NCBI RefSeq assembly: GCF_963921235.1
Contig: NC_086097.1
Span: 139,502,001 to 139,566,000 of the forward strand
Length of the DNA stretch: 64,000 nucleotides
Source of the DNA: Mobula hypostoma
Lineage: Eukaryota
Reading direction: 5' to 3'
Below the pieces are notes generated by a model that ran no database searches, had not been told where the DNA came from, and saw only the letters and a list, made by a program, of their open reading frames with translations. Positions 38,820 to 50,745 of the stretch are shown here, piece after piece; within the stretch, counting starts at the first letter, position 1; the number at the start of each line of letters is the position of its first letter. The translations under genes were made by a program, and so were the position numbers.

Positions 38820-39330
38820 CTGAAAATCAAACATTGGAAAAGTGATCAATTAATCATGGTCCCAGCATGGAATTTGCAATAATTATGGAATTTGTGATAA
38901 TAGATAAACACAAAATGAGAAAGAATCAACAAATAGTGTTACTTTTTATTTTTGTTACAAAATACTGTGGGGCATTGGATATAATATGACTGTAGATTTG
39001 GTTGGCAGTTACAGCAGAGACTCTCAAACTCTCCAGTCTGAGGACACCTGAACAGATATTTCAGGTTGCAGTGCTACCTCAATCTTCATCTGTGAGACAT
39101 TTTCTGACATGCCACAACAGCCATGGCCATTGCTCATCACCTTGACTACCACTTTTCTCCAAAGAACTCTAAACCCTCAAATCCCACACTTTCCCTGATA
39201 CCCCCACTTTCTAAATTCTTTCCTACCATACAAATCTAATATTGATCCCAGTTGTAGAATAACAGGGTTGATCCATTTGTTATCACTGATAGAATGAATT
39301 AACAACAGAAAAACACCAGTACAGATGCAT

Positions 39331-39459
39331 ACAACAGGAATTCTGCAGATGCTGGAAATTCAAGCAACACACATCAAAGTTGCTGGTGAACGCAGCAGGC
39401 CAGGCAGCATCTGTAGGAAGAGATGCAGTCGACATTTCAGGCCGAGACCCTTTGTCAGG
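39331..39459 (-). mobile_element. Penelope-derived mini-element (129 bp) with hammerhead motif, perfect 10-bp TSD
   Basis: ACAGATGCAT at 39321-39330 and 39460-39469; minus strand GTC-CTGACAA-A-GGGT-CTCG-GCCT-GAAA-TG-TC-GACTG. Confidence 0.85.
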
Positions 39460-40191
39460 ACAGATGCATCTCTACTTATAATAAGGGATTTAATAGGAAA
39501 AGGTGTTGTGCATTATGGAAAACTGTGATATTGACTGTTTTCCAGCAACTCAATCTTTCTATAATGTGTGGTTCCCTATACATCCATTTTCTTCTAATTT
39601 TTTCTGGCAAAATTAACCAAAATATTATTTCTTTAAAGCGTTTCTCAGAGATTCTTGTGTGACCTTCAGTTTGTTTGCCTGTTCTACTTTTCACCCTGTA
39701 AACTTTGGAAATTAGGATTTTGGATCACAATCTTAAACTACGATGGCCTTGTTCATCCAAACCCATACAGTTTCTTCCCTCAAATTTCTGGCTCAGTTTT
39801 GTAATTATTACAAACTGAACAACCATCTGGTGTATGTTTTCAGCAGCCTTGACCTTGAGCTCTGAAATTCCAAGCTCCCCAAACCTCTCTTTCTCTATCG
39901 CTCTTTCCTTCTTAAAGATGCACCTTCTAATATCTCACTTCACATTTAGTGAAATTTAAACTAGCACTCACTGTCCAACAATGCAAAAGAGTTAATAGTA
40001 ATGCCAGAATTGATGAGTGTTGTAACTACAGAGGTTCTTCAGTGTTATACGAGTGCTCATGAGAAGTCTTACTCAAGAAATGGAATTGACAGATACAGGA
40101 ATTATGATCAAGGTAATCTGAGATCTTCTTTGTAGTCAGTGGTAGGGAGCTACTTTCTGTTCTATTTCATTGAAAATATTATCTTCAACTT

Positions 40192-40253
40192 CAAGAATCT
40201 AAATCTCTTCACCATATCTACAAGAAGTCTAAATCTCTTCACCATATCTACAA
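40192..40253. repeat. About 30-bp tandem duplication
   Basis: TCTAAATCTCTTCACCATATCTACAA present twice. Confidence 0.9.
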
Positions 40254-40562
40254 CAAGCATGCACATATATGTGGGGCCTTGACTTCAAGGTACTGATAAG
40301 GATTTGACGTTGAGCATCATTTCATACAAACTTTGGGTTTATGAATGCACTCTGTTCATGCTGGTCATAAGCAGTTGCCAGGAACACGAATACCCCTACA
40401 GAAGTACTTTATTATTTGTGAAATATTCCATATAAATATAAAACCATGTAAAAACTTGGAAACAGTCAGTCAAGAAGTCTTGCATTTGAAAAAAAAATGT
40501 TTTGCTATATTTTCACAGATGCTGCTTGAACTGCTTGCTTCCAGCATTTTCAGTACCTATAG

Positions 40563-40565
<3 letters not shown>

Positions 40566-40614
<49 letters not shown>

Positions 40615-40681
40615 ATATATACACACACACACACACATACATACACACACACACATATATAAATAAATAAAATAAAATAAA
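40566..40681. repeat. Compound microsatellite (TG)n-(TA)n-(CA)n-(A3-4T)n
   Basis: Directly visible; ends about 20 nt from the exon donor at 40702. Confidence 0.95.
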
Positions 40682-40702
40682 CGTACAATTTGGAAAACTT
40701 AC

Positions 40703-40803
40703 CAGTTGCTGTTGTCCACAGCATCTCCAAATCCAGGAGTATCGACTATTGTGAGTAGTAGTTGAACACCACCTTCTTTAATGAATACTTTTGACTGTTC
40801 CAC
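40703..40803 (-). CDS. SEPTIN7: SEPTIN7 coding exon (101 nt): [33 protein letters not shown](C), contains G3 motif DTPG
   Basis: Minus strand reads CAG|GTGGAACAG...AACTG|GTAAG; translation matches SEPT7. Confidence 0.97.
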
Positions 40804-42819
40804 CTGTTTAAAAATAAAACAGAAAAATGTAAAATTCTACAAAACACTTCAATTGCTCAAAGGGATCCTGGTTAAGTCACTGATGTCTGCTTAAATAAAT
40901 TTAGGATTGCATTCATTCCTAATACAGAATAATTAGAATTTTTATGAAAACTAGCTCAAGATATCCAAATTTAACTATGTCATAATTTGAAGACATTGAT
41001 GAGAAACTCATATTCTTTCAATGTGCTCAGGTATCTCATGGAAACCCAATTAGCCTCAAATGCAACAAAAATTTTGAAGATTTAATCCCAATGAATATCT
41101 TCCTTACTCAACAATCAAGCTGATCATATAGGACACAAGATCAGAATAAGGTCTGCAGGTAGTGATCCACAGTAGAAAATGTTTAATCACAACCTTCGCT
41201 GAAATTTGCCACCCTGTAATTCAAAAGTAGATCATTCTCACTTTCCCCTCTTCTCCTTACATATTATCCAGTGTTCTGCTTCTACAAACAACAGGCCTCT
41301 CTGGGACAAATCTCCTTCATGTCCTTAGAAGAACCACTATCCAAGACAATGGAAATTACACTGGGTTTAAATTGAATATCTAGATATAATAGTAATCAGA
41401 GAGAAAACTGAAGGTTGTTTAACTATCTAGTAAAACAACAATTTCAGACGCTTTTTCTGAAATACAACACATGCTCAAAAGTGCTCAAAGCTGAATTTGA
41501 CTCCTTTAGGCTAAAGACATTGTCATGAGAAATTCCACTTGGGACTAAGATGAGTAGCTTCTAACAAATACAAACATCTTTCTTTGACTGACTCCAGCCG
41601 ATGGAGTGGGTTCCTTGACACCCAACCACCCCCACTCTTCCGAATTGGCTCTAAATGGATCATCCTGGGCTACTGGCTGCGAGGTTCCCAAATTTCTTTT
41701 AGTGTGTTGTTTGGCAAGGCAATAATGCAATAGCTCATTGGGTCTACTTAAAATATTTATTCTCATAAATATGAGAATACTCAGGCAGCTTTCCATTTTG
41801 TCAGATACATGGCACTGTTGTAGCTGCACTACAGCTTAACTTGGCAGTAGAGTACCAGTCTACTTGTGACTGGCTAAAAGCTGCCAGAATCTTTGCTGGG
41901 TCAGCGCACTGGCCATTTCCTGAATAAAATAAGTTAGCTGGGGAGTGGTATAAGTGATGATGAAAAGTTCAAGACAGCAAGTCATGAAACTCCACTTGAC
42001 ATCTTTGTCTGAAGATGGTTGTGAATATTTGATATGGTGGTAGCACAGCAGCTGAATTACAGAATTAACTGTATTGTCATAAAAGCCTATTGGGTTCACT
42101 CATGTCCTTTAGAGAATAAAATCTGCTCTTCTTACTCTGACTTTGAACAGACTCCAGCTGGCCTCACACACCTGATATAGTTCAGTAAACCAGATGAACA
42201 ACAGCAAATTGGAATGGGCAACAAACACACCTTGTTAGCAACATCCAGATTCCCAAGAAATGAATAAACATGCTACTGACATCAGTTTGCAATTGATGCA
42301 TTTTCTTTCTTTCATAAACATTCAAGATACAGACAATGGAGAATCGTGGTGAGTTTTCCTTTTGTGGAGACAGCCAAGTAAGTGATTTGAGAAAACAGAA
42401 CTTGGGATCCTCTCAGTCAGTGATTACAAAACTCATGTGCAAAGGGATAATAAATTTTAGATGTTATTATTCCAAATATGTATATTGAATGGCTTAAATG
42501 ACAATTATAGAAGCAGCTGATGGATACAAGTCAGAGTTCAAATACATAAAGACAACATGCCGCATGTGTTTGCAACTTAGGTAAACAGTGATCTTTTAGA
42601 CCTTAAAACTCGATGTTTCATTCCAGGCTGTAAACCTGGTTCAGACAATCAAATAACCCTAGTTCATTCAGGGAAATTCTTTGCTAATAGTAGGTCTGCC
42701 TACTCAGTTCCTTTAAGTGTTGTTGAGAACATAGGTAAACAAGTTTTTGGTCACTAGAAGCTACAGAATTCTTTCACCCTGTGTTGATACACTCCACTCA
42801 ACACAGACTAGGATGTATT

Positions 42820-43115
42820 TATTATTCTGGTTAATTGGGCCACATCGGGACCAGAACATTTTGGCCCAATTAAGCAGCTGCCCCAAGCAGCTGAAGTTTC
42901 ATGGAAATAGTTAAAAGTATTTAAAAAAAGGCCAAACTACATAAATTCATAGTGTTCTAACATTAGAACACTGAGTACCTCTACAGTACTATAAAACTGT
43001 ATTGGTTCCTAATAGTTATCTGGCTATTTTCTCAATTAGTTTTTGTTCCTTAATAATTGTCCCCAATAAGCAGCTGCCCCGATTAACCGATGGTCCAGTT
43101 AACCACAATCTACTG
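42820..43115. mobile_element. Tigger/pogo-like MITE
   Basis: Imperfect TIRs ATTCTGGTTAATTGGGC / GTCCAGTTAACCACAATCTACTG followed by TA; internal repeated AAGCAGCTGCCCC. Confidence 0.6.
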
Positions 43116-43642
43116 TATAAAAAACCAAAAGGTATTTAATAATCTATTCGTATATTAGTTCAACTAATTTATCAAATGAGTTACAATTATTGGTTCAAAT
43201 GATTTTTGAAACAAATACAATTTGGAAGTAAGCAGTTAGGTCTTCACTTCCATCCTTCTCCAGGTTCACAGATTACACGATTTTTCTCATTCACTGCCAC
43301 CTGAGTTCAATTGCATCAAAATGGAGTATGTTTGTCAGTAATCTGGTGGTAACTGCTCAAAAAAATACATAGAACAGTACAGGCCCCTAAGCCCACAATG
43401 TTGCGCTGACCTTTTAACCTACTCTAAGATCAACCTAACCCTTCTCTCCTACACAGCCCTCCAATTTTCTATTAACCATACACCCCTAATATATCTGCCT
43501 CTACCACCACACCTGGCAGGGTGATCTTCGCATTCACCACTGTGTAGAAAACTTGCCTCTGACATGTCCCCTATATTTTCCTCCAATCATCTTAAAAGTA
43601 TGCCCCCTGATATAACAATATATTTTGAATATATGAATAATA

Positions 43643-44073
43643 TGAGGGGTGATTGATAAGTTTGTGGCCTACGGTAGGAGTCAATTTTAGAAAACCTAGC
43701 ATATTTATTTTTCAATTTAGTCCCCTCCTACATTTACACACTTAATCCAGCGGTCGTGGAGCATACGGATCTTGGACCTCCAGAAAGTGTCTATAGCAGG
43801 GGTGATTGATAAGTTCGTGGCCTAAGGTAGAAGGAGATGAGTTATACAGCTCTCGTTATATACACATGCAGTTCAACTCTTTAAGTGATTATGCAGAAAG
43901 TTTGAGGTTAATAACCCACCTCCTTCTACCTTAGGCCACAAACTTATCAATCACCCCTGATGAGTTATTAACTTCCAACTTTCTGCATAATCACTCAAAG
44001 AGTTGAACTGCATGTGCATGTAACAGAAGCTGCATAACTCATCTCCTTAGGCCACAAATTTATCAATCACCCC
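43643..44073. mobile_element. Mariner-type MITE, rearranged, with four copies of the TIR
   Basis: GGGGTGATTGATAAGTT-GTGGCCTA at about 43646 and 43799; its reverse complement at about 43932-43958 and 44048-44073. Confidence 0.7.
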
Positions 44074-47000
44074 AAGTCAAGTCAGTCAATATCTGACTTG
44101 TAATGAACTGTGTTCCTGAATTAAAACAGGCAGAATAAAACCAGGATTCAACTCCAATGCACTTGTACACTACGCCTGACATCCTCAGATCCTCCATTTC
44201 AAAACTTTGATCTTAAAGATGAGACTTTGTGTGAGCACCATCTTCATAAAGCTGCAACTACTCAACAAACAGGGCCATGTTTTTGCAATTGATAGAGAGC
44301 TCATTACCGAGCCATCATCCAAAATTATTAGTGCAGGTATATGGTCATTGCGTTATTCTGAGAGAAAAGTCCAAAGCAAAAATTGTAGAAGTAATGAAAA
44401 TTTAACTAGCAAATTCTGTTCTTTAAAAGTTGCAGCAGAACTTTTCATATGAAGACTAAATGAAATTCCTGGTAGAGTTTTGTTGCAATTTCAACTTTCT
44501 TTTTAAAAAAAAAGATAGACAAATTGTGATCTTCTGTAGTTGTTTCAACTGCTTAAGACTCTGCAACTGAAATTTCCATCCTTCCCTCAATTTAGATGAG
44601 CCTTCCTGTTACCACAGCTGGAACTAATAAAGAGTTGAAATACAAATAACGCTTGCCAATCCTCTCACACAATGTGTGACTTACCATAAGGATAAAGATA
44701 TAACCAGTAGAGCAAGGCACTAAGAAGCAATGTGACTTGTATTGCAAAACCAAACAGTCGATACATCATTTACATGGAGATCTAGAAAACACAGCCATTC
44801 AAAGCAAGACCTCCAAATCCAACTGAGCTTAGTTGTCACATCAAACTGATGATAAAATCAATCTGAAGCAGGAACAGAATCAGGAACAAAAATGCTTCAA
44901 AGTTGCAAAAATATAGTTGTTAAATAGCAGTTTGTCCCAGAAACTATATAGCTTTCATACTCTGGCAACCAGAAATATGCCACTTAATAAAAGAGGAACC
45001 ACACTTTGAAATGTTTTTTTATAAACTGTCATTTAACCAACGGATTTCAAATAGCAACTCAAAATGCTAGAGGAATTCATCAGATCAGACAGCATCAATG
45101 AAGGGAAAAGGACACTTGACTTTTCAGATTGAAACCATTCACCACGACTGTAGAGAGAGGGGGCAGGTCAGTATATTAAGGGGTTAGAGCAAGAGCTGGC
45201 AGAACTCGACTTTCCTATTTGTCACTTTAGCTACAGTTATTGTATCTAATTACCCTCATCAGGGAGAGAGATGATACAGCTTGCTACCCATTATCTGATA
45301 TGAAAGAATGAATGTAATTCCATACCTACATAATTTTACCGTAGTGATGAAAGAGCAAGGAACATGGCACAACATGGCCAGCTGAAAGCAACAGTGCTGA
45401 GCAACGAGTGAATCATGGAACTTCCATAATTTTCATTTCTTGTGTATTTTTTTTAACATCCTGAAGTTGCTTATTCAGGAGGAACAAAATATACAGCATT
45501 GAAACAATAGCACATATTCAACAATTTTACCAGTAATCTTGTTTTCACAGATTATTGACAAGCAAATTTCCATAAATATAGTTACTGACCAAAACCAATC
45601 ACATAATTAAAAAAATTAAGTGTGGACCATATAACATACACCCTCTTCCACATAATATTCAGTGGTTACATAATTTGGACGAACTCCCTTTCAGAATCAA
45701 CAGACTAGACAACTAACCTTAAAATGGTCTTAACTGCTGCTTCAAACAAGAAATAATCAAAATGCTAACCTGTCAGAAAATTAGGATTATAACAGATTGG
45801 TCATTTTGGTTGAATTCTGGCTCTAACTGTTGGATTCATAGAGAAAGATGAAAGCTGCAAATGAGTGTGTGTAATCTACAAATAAATCTTCGGTACCGTA
45901 ATCAATGGCTGCATTCAGCAGCACACAACAGGGAAGTCTCCAAATCAAGAGCTCAAAGATTTGCATCACAGATTCCATGATTCCACATTCCTTTATTTAC
46001 TGAATTCAAAGGTTGGTTCTACACAGAGCTGATTATATTTCACCCTCCTCACACCAGGATGAACAATTACCTAAATCTATAAAGTATACTCAACATATGA
46101 TTCAATTCATGGCTCTTGATTTGATATTTCCCTATCCTTCCTACCCAGTCTTCAACAACACATTGCTCTACTGATGTAATCCCCAGACTGGCTGTTTGAT
46201 TCATAACATAAATCAGAAAACATTTTCCACAGCATTGCAGTTTGATTTAAAGTTAAAAGTGCCCAAAGGGAAGGACTTCTACAAATTTCTCACTCCTTCC
46301 CATTGGTCAATTTATAAACGATTATCTTCTAACATTGCTTGAGTTAGACTCAACCCCTCCCCTCCCCCATCAATTTTCACAGAGGAAATTAGAGAAAGCC
46401 TACATTTATCAAGAAAGGTTTCTAAACCTCACATGCATTAGGGCCACCATACATGGGAAAAGTACAAAATGGAAAAAAAAACAACTGGAAACAATCCAGA
46501 GAATGTTCGTATAAACAACAGATTCACATAACAATCTCTGACCATATTCCATCATCTGGTTTTCACATCATTCCCATGAGAATTCTGGAAACCAGAATCC
46601 AATTCTTGGCATTCCAAGCTTACACTTCAAATCACAGCATTCCCCACTATCATTTTACTTTATTAAACTGACAAATTTATATCCCTTCAGAATGCTTCCA
46701 CTGAAAAAACATACGTACATATTTGAGATATTTTTAGCTAGTCAATGATAATCAAAGAAAATAGTTAGTTTAGGTCAAAGATGTTAATGGCTTAGGCTGT
46801 GGGAAATAAGATCCCTTTTTAAAAGAAAAATAGTTGACATTCATGTCACTGAACCAAGGACTGCAAACAAAGTACTATCTTAGTGTTTCCAGATGCCATT
46901 ATGTGCAACTCTGCATTTGCATCATGTTAAACCCAGTTGTTCAGACAATATATTGAAGGCAAAATCATGTCACTTTCTCTACAAGGGTTAATGAAAGGAC

Positions 47001-47439
47001 CCGAACAACTGATGGGCATCAGGTCTTCATAAAACCAATTGAAATACTGAATACACACACATACATTACAACACTCGGCAAGTTATAAAAGAAATCTACA
47101 GATCAGGAAATGGCTAATCAAAATTTTGTTACATTTATCCAAATACTGGATATTCCTCATGGCTCAGATAAGCAACTAGGTCAAAGTAACAAAGTGGCTC
47201 ATTACTAAAAGTGCATGGGAAACTTGAAGCTTAAAATCAAAGTGCTTTACTACTGCAGAAATTTGGGCTGGTATCAACAATCATCACAGAATTTCCACTG
47301 GGGAATTAGTAGCTGTTAAATAACAATTATCCTCACAGTTACATTATTAAAGATAAAGTAATCTTTATTTGCTCCCTCTGTTGAAATTTACTGTTCTGTA
47401 GAGTCAAGTACAACAATGTTCTGCCTGACTGCTTTATTC

Positions 47440-49460
47440 CCCACCGCCCCCCAGTTCAGTCCCTTCCTATCTTCACACTTCACACACCGTGGATCTTTTA
47501 AATGATTTCAAGTTCCCTGGCCCCTATCATCTTATCTTCACTATGGATGTCCAGCCCCCACCAGGAAGGCCTCAAAGCTCTGTTTCTTTCTGGACATCAG
47601 ACCCAACCAGTTCCCTCCATCACCACTCTCCTCCGTTTAGCTGAACTTGTCCTCACTCTTAATAATTTCTCCTTTGGCTCCTCCCACTTCCTTCAAACAA
47701 AAGATGTAGTCATGAACCACATCAAAGTTGCTGGTGAACACAGCAGGCCAGGCAGCATCTCCAGGAAGAGGTATAGTTGACGTTTCAGGCCGAGGGTCTT
47801 GGCCCAAAACGTCGACTGTACCTCTTCCTAGAGATGCTGCCTGGTCTGCTGCATTCACCAGCAACTTTGATGTGTGTTGCTTGAATTTCCAGCATCTGCA
47901 GAATTCCTCATGTTTATGTAGTCATGAACACTTGCATTGGTCCCAGCTATGCCTACGTTTTTGTCGGCAACATGAAACAGTCGATGTTCCAAGTCCCAAT
48001 TTTCCTACGCTACATCGATGACTACATTGGTGCTGCTTCCTACACCCATGTGGAGCTCGTCGACTTCATCCATTTTACCCCCAACTTCCACCCTGGTCCA
48101 TTAAGTTTACCTGGTCCATTTCCGACACCTCCCTCCCCTTTCTCAATCTGTCTCTATCTCTGGAGACAACTCATCTAATGATGTCTATTATAAACCTACG
48201 ACTCTCACAGCTACTTAGACTATACCTCTACCCACCCTGTTACTTGTAAAGGCACCATCCCCTTCTCTCAATTCCTCCGTCTCCACTGCACCTGCTCTCA
48301 GGGTGAGGCTTTGCATTCCAGAATGAAAGAGATATCCTCCTTTTTCAAAGAAAGGGACTTTCCTTCCTCCACCAATGCTGCCCTCAACCTCAATTTGTCT
48401 ATTTCACACACGTCTGCTCTCACCCCATCCTCCTGCCGCCCTACCAGGGATAGGGCTCCTCTTGTCCTCACCTACCAGTCTCCACATCCAGCACATAATT
48501 CTCCAGAACTTCCACCATCTCCAACAGGACCCCACCACCAAGCACATCATTCCATCCCCTCCCACTTTCTGTTTTCCGCAGGGATCGCTCCCTACGCGAC
48601 TCCCTTGTCCATTCATCTGCCCCCTCTGATATCCCTCCTGGCACTTATCTTTGCAAGCAAAATAAGTGCTACACCTGCCCCTACACCTCCTCCCTCACTA
48701 CCATTCAGGGCCCCAAACAGTTCTTCCAGGTGAGACGACACTTCACCTGAGAATCTGTTGAGGTTATATACTGTGTCCGGTGCTCCCAGTGTCGCCTCAT
48801 GTATATCGGTGAGACCTGCTGTAGATTGTGAGACAGCTTCACCGAGCACCTACGATCCTTCCACTATAAAAAGCGGGATCTCCCAGTGACCACCCATTTT
48901 AATTCCACTTCCTATTCCCATTCCAATATGTCAATCCATGGCCTCCTCTACCGTCACGACGAGGGCACATTCAGTTTGGAAGAACATGTTATATTCTGTC
49001 TGGGTAGCCTCCAATCTGATGGCACAAACATTGATTTCTCAAACTTTGGGTAATGCACCCACCTTCACCAATCCCCACCCCCTTTTCCCTCTTTCACTTT
49101 ATCTCCTTGCCTGCCCATCACCTCCCTCAGGTGCTCCACCCTCTTTTCTTTCTTCATGGCCTTCTATCCTCTCCTACTAGATGCCCCCTTCTCCAGTCCT
49201 GTATCTCTTTCACCAATCAACTTCCCAGCTCTTCATTTCACCTCTCCTCCTCCCAGTTTCACCTATCACCTTGTGTTTCTCTCTCCCCTACCCCCACCTT
49301 CTGAATCTACTCCCTATCTGTTTTTCTCGTCCTGCTGAAAGGTCTTGGCCTGAAACATCGATTGTACTCTTTTCTGCAGATACAGCCTGGTCTGCTGAGT
49401 TCCTCCAGCATTTTATGTGAGTTGCTTGGATTTCCAGCATCTGCAGATTTTCTCTTGTTA
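47440..49460 (+). mobile_element. Penelope-like element (Neptune-type), 5'-truncated and decayed: RT, Cys linker, GIY-YIG endonuclease and terminal repeat with hammerhead motif
   Basis: LIFTMDV, LVLTLNNFSF, GPSYA, FLRYIDD (YIDD 48011-48022), CKQNKCYTC linker, VIY (48763-48771) and YIGET (48802-48816); hammerhead-like motif at about 49329-49364. Confidence 0.9.
47718..47915. mobile_element. Palindromic Penelope-derived mini-element inserted into the Penelope RT, perfect 14-bp TSD
   Basis: ATGTAGTCATGAAC at 47704-47717 and 47916-47929; arms about 47718-47793 and 47799-47873 are inverted. Confidence 0.9.
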
Positions 49461-49544
49461 GTATTCTACATGGACAATGAAGCAACCATGGTTGAAAATG
49501 GAAATCAAAGACAGCATAAAAACAACAGAGCATACAACATAGGC

Positions 49545-50745
49545 ATGATAGACAAAGGAAAGTCAGCGGATGATGCTTACTTGGATTTTCAGAAGGCCTC
49601 TGACAAGGATTTGCACATGAGGCTGCGAAACAAAATAAAAGCCCACAGTATTACAGGAAAATAGTAACATCGACAGAAGATTGGCTGACAGTCAGGAGAC
49701 AAAGATGGAAATACAGAGGGCCTATTCTGGCTGCTTCCAGTGACTAGTGGTGTCTCACAGTTGTCAGTATTGTGACCACTTCTTTTCATGTTCTATGCCA
49801 ATGATTTGGATGATGAAACTGATGGCTTTGTGGCCAAGTTTGCAAAAAACACACAGAAAGGTAGCAGGGCAGGCAGTGTTGAGGAAGCAGGGAGTCTTCA
49901 GAAGAACTTAGATAGACTGGGAGAATGGGCAGAGTGGCAGATGGAATACAGTTGAGGAGAGTGTATGGTCATGTACTTTGGTACAAGAATAAAGGCATAG
50001 ACAATTTTCTAAATGGGGAGAAAATTCAGAAACCAGAGCTGCAAAGGTACTTGGGAGTCCTTGTGCAGGATTGCTGAAAGATTAACTTGTGCGTTAATTC
50101 GGTGGTACGGAAGGCAAATGCAAATGTTGGCATTCATTTCAAGAGGACTCGAATGCAAAAGCAAGTAACGTTAAGGCTTTAAAAGGCATTTGTCAGACTG
50201 CAATTGGAGTATTGTGAGCAGATTTGAACCTCTCCTCTGAAAAAGAATGTGGTGGCATTGGAGAAGGTCCAGAGGAGACTCACGAGAATGATCCTGGGAA
50301 TAAAAGGGTTAACATATGAGAAGCATTTGATGGCTCTGGACCGGCACTTGCTAGAGTTCAGAAAAATGAGGGGGAAACTCATTGAAACTTATCAAACATT
50401 GAAAGGCCTAAATAGAGTGGACATGGAGAGGACGTTTCCTATATTGTGGGAGTCTAGGACCAAAGGACACAGCCTCAAGAATAGAAGGGCATTCCTTCAG
50501 AATTCAGATGAGGAGAAATTTACTTGGCTAGAGGGTGGTGAATATGATTGCTACAGACAGTTGTGGAGGCCAAGTCATCGGGTATATTTAAAGCAGAGCT
50601 TCTTGATTAGTAAGAGTGTCAAAAGTTACAGGGTGAAAGCAGAAAGATTGGATTGAGAGGGACAATAAGTCAGTCAGCATGGAATGGCACAAGTTTGATA
50701 GGCCAAATGGCCTGATTATGCTCCTTTGTCTTTTGGCCTTCTGGC
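49545..50745 (+). mobile_element. CR1 LINE, 5'-truncated, decayed
   Basis: YLDFQKA, LEKVQRRLTRMI and CR1 3' tail. Confidence 0.88.

Larger units (their letters stand above)
985..40803 (-). other. SEPTIN7: Septin-7 gene, partial span covering 7 internal coding exons; gene extends beyond both window edges
   Basis: Seven exons splice in frame (intron phases 2,2,0,0,1,2) into a near-identical match to the vertebrate SEPT7 GTPase domain as I recall it. Introns are 1883, 4036, 1084, 4342, 10334 and 17418 nt, all GT-AG. Confidence 0.97.

Noticed and set aside
40345..40662. ORF ending in CVCVCV...THTHTH
   Set aside because: Translation of the TG/CA microsatellite.
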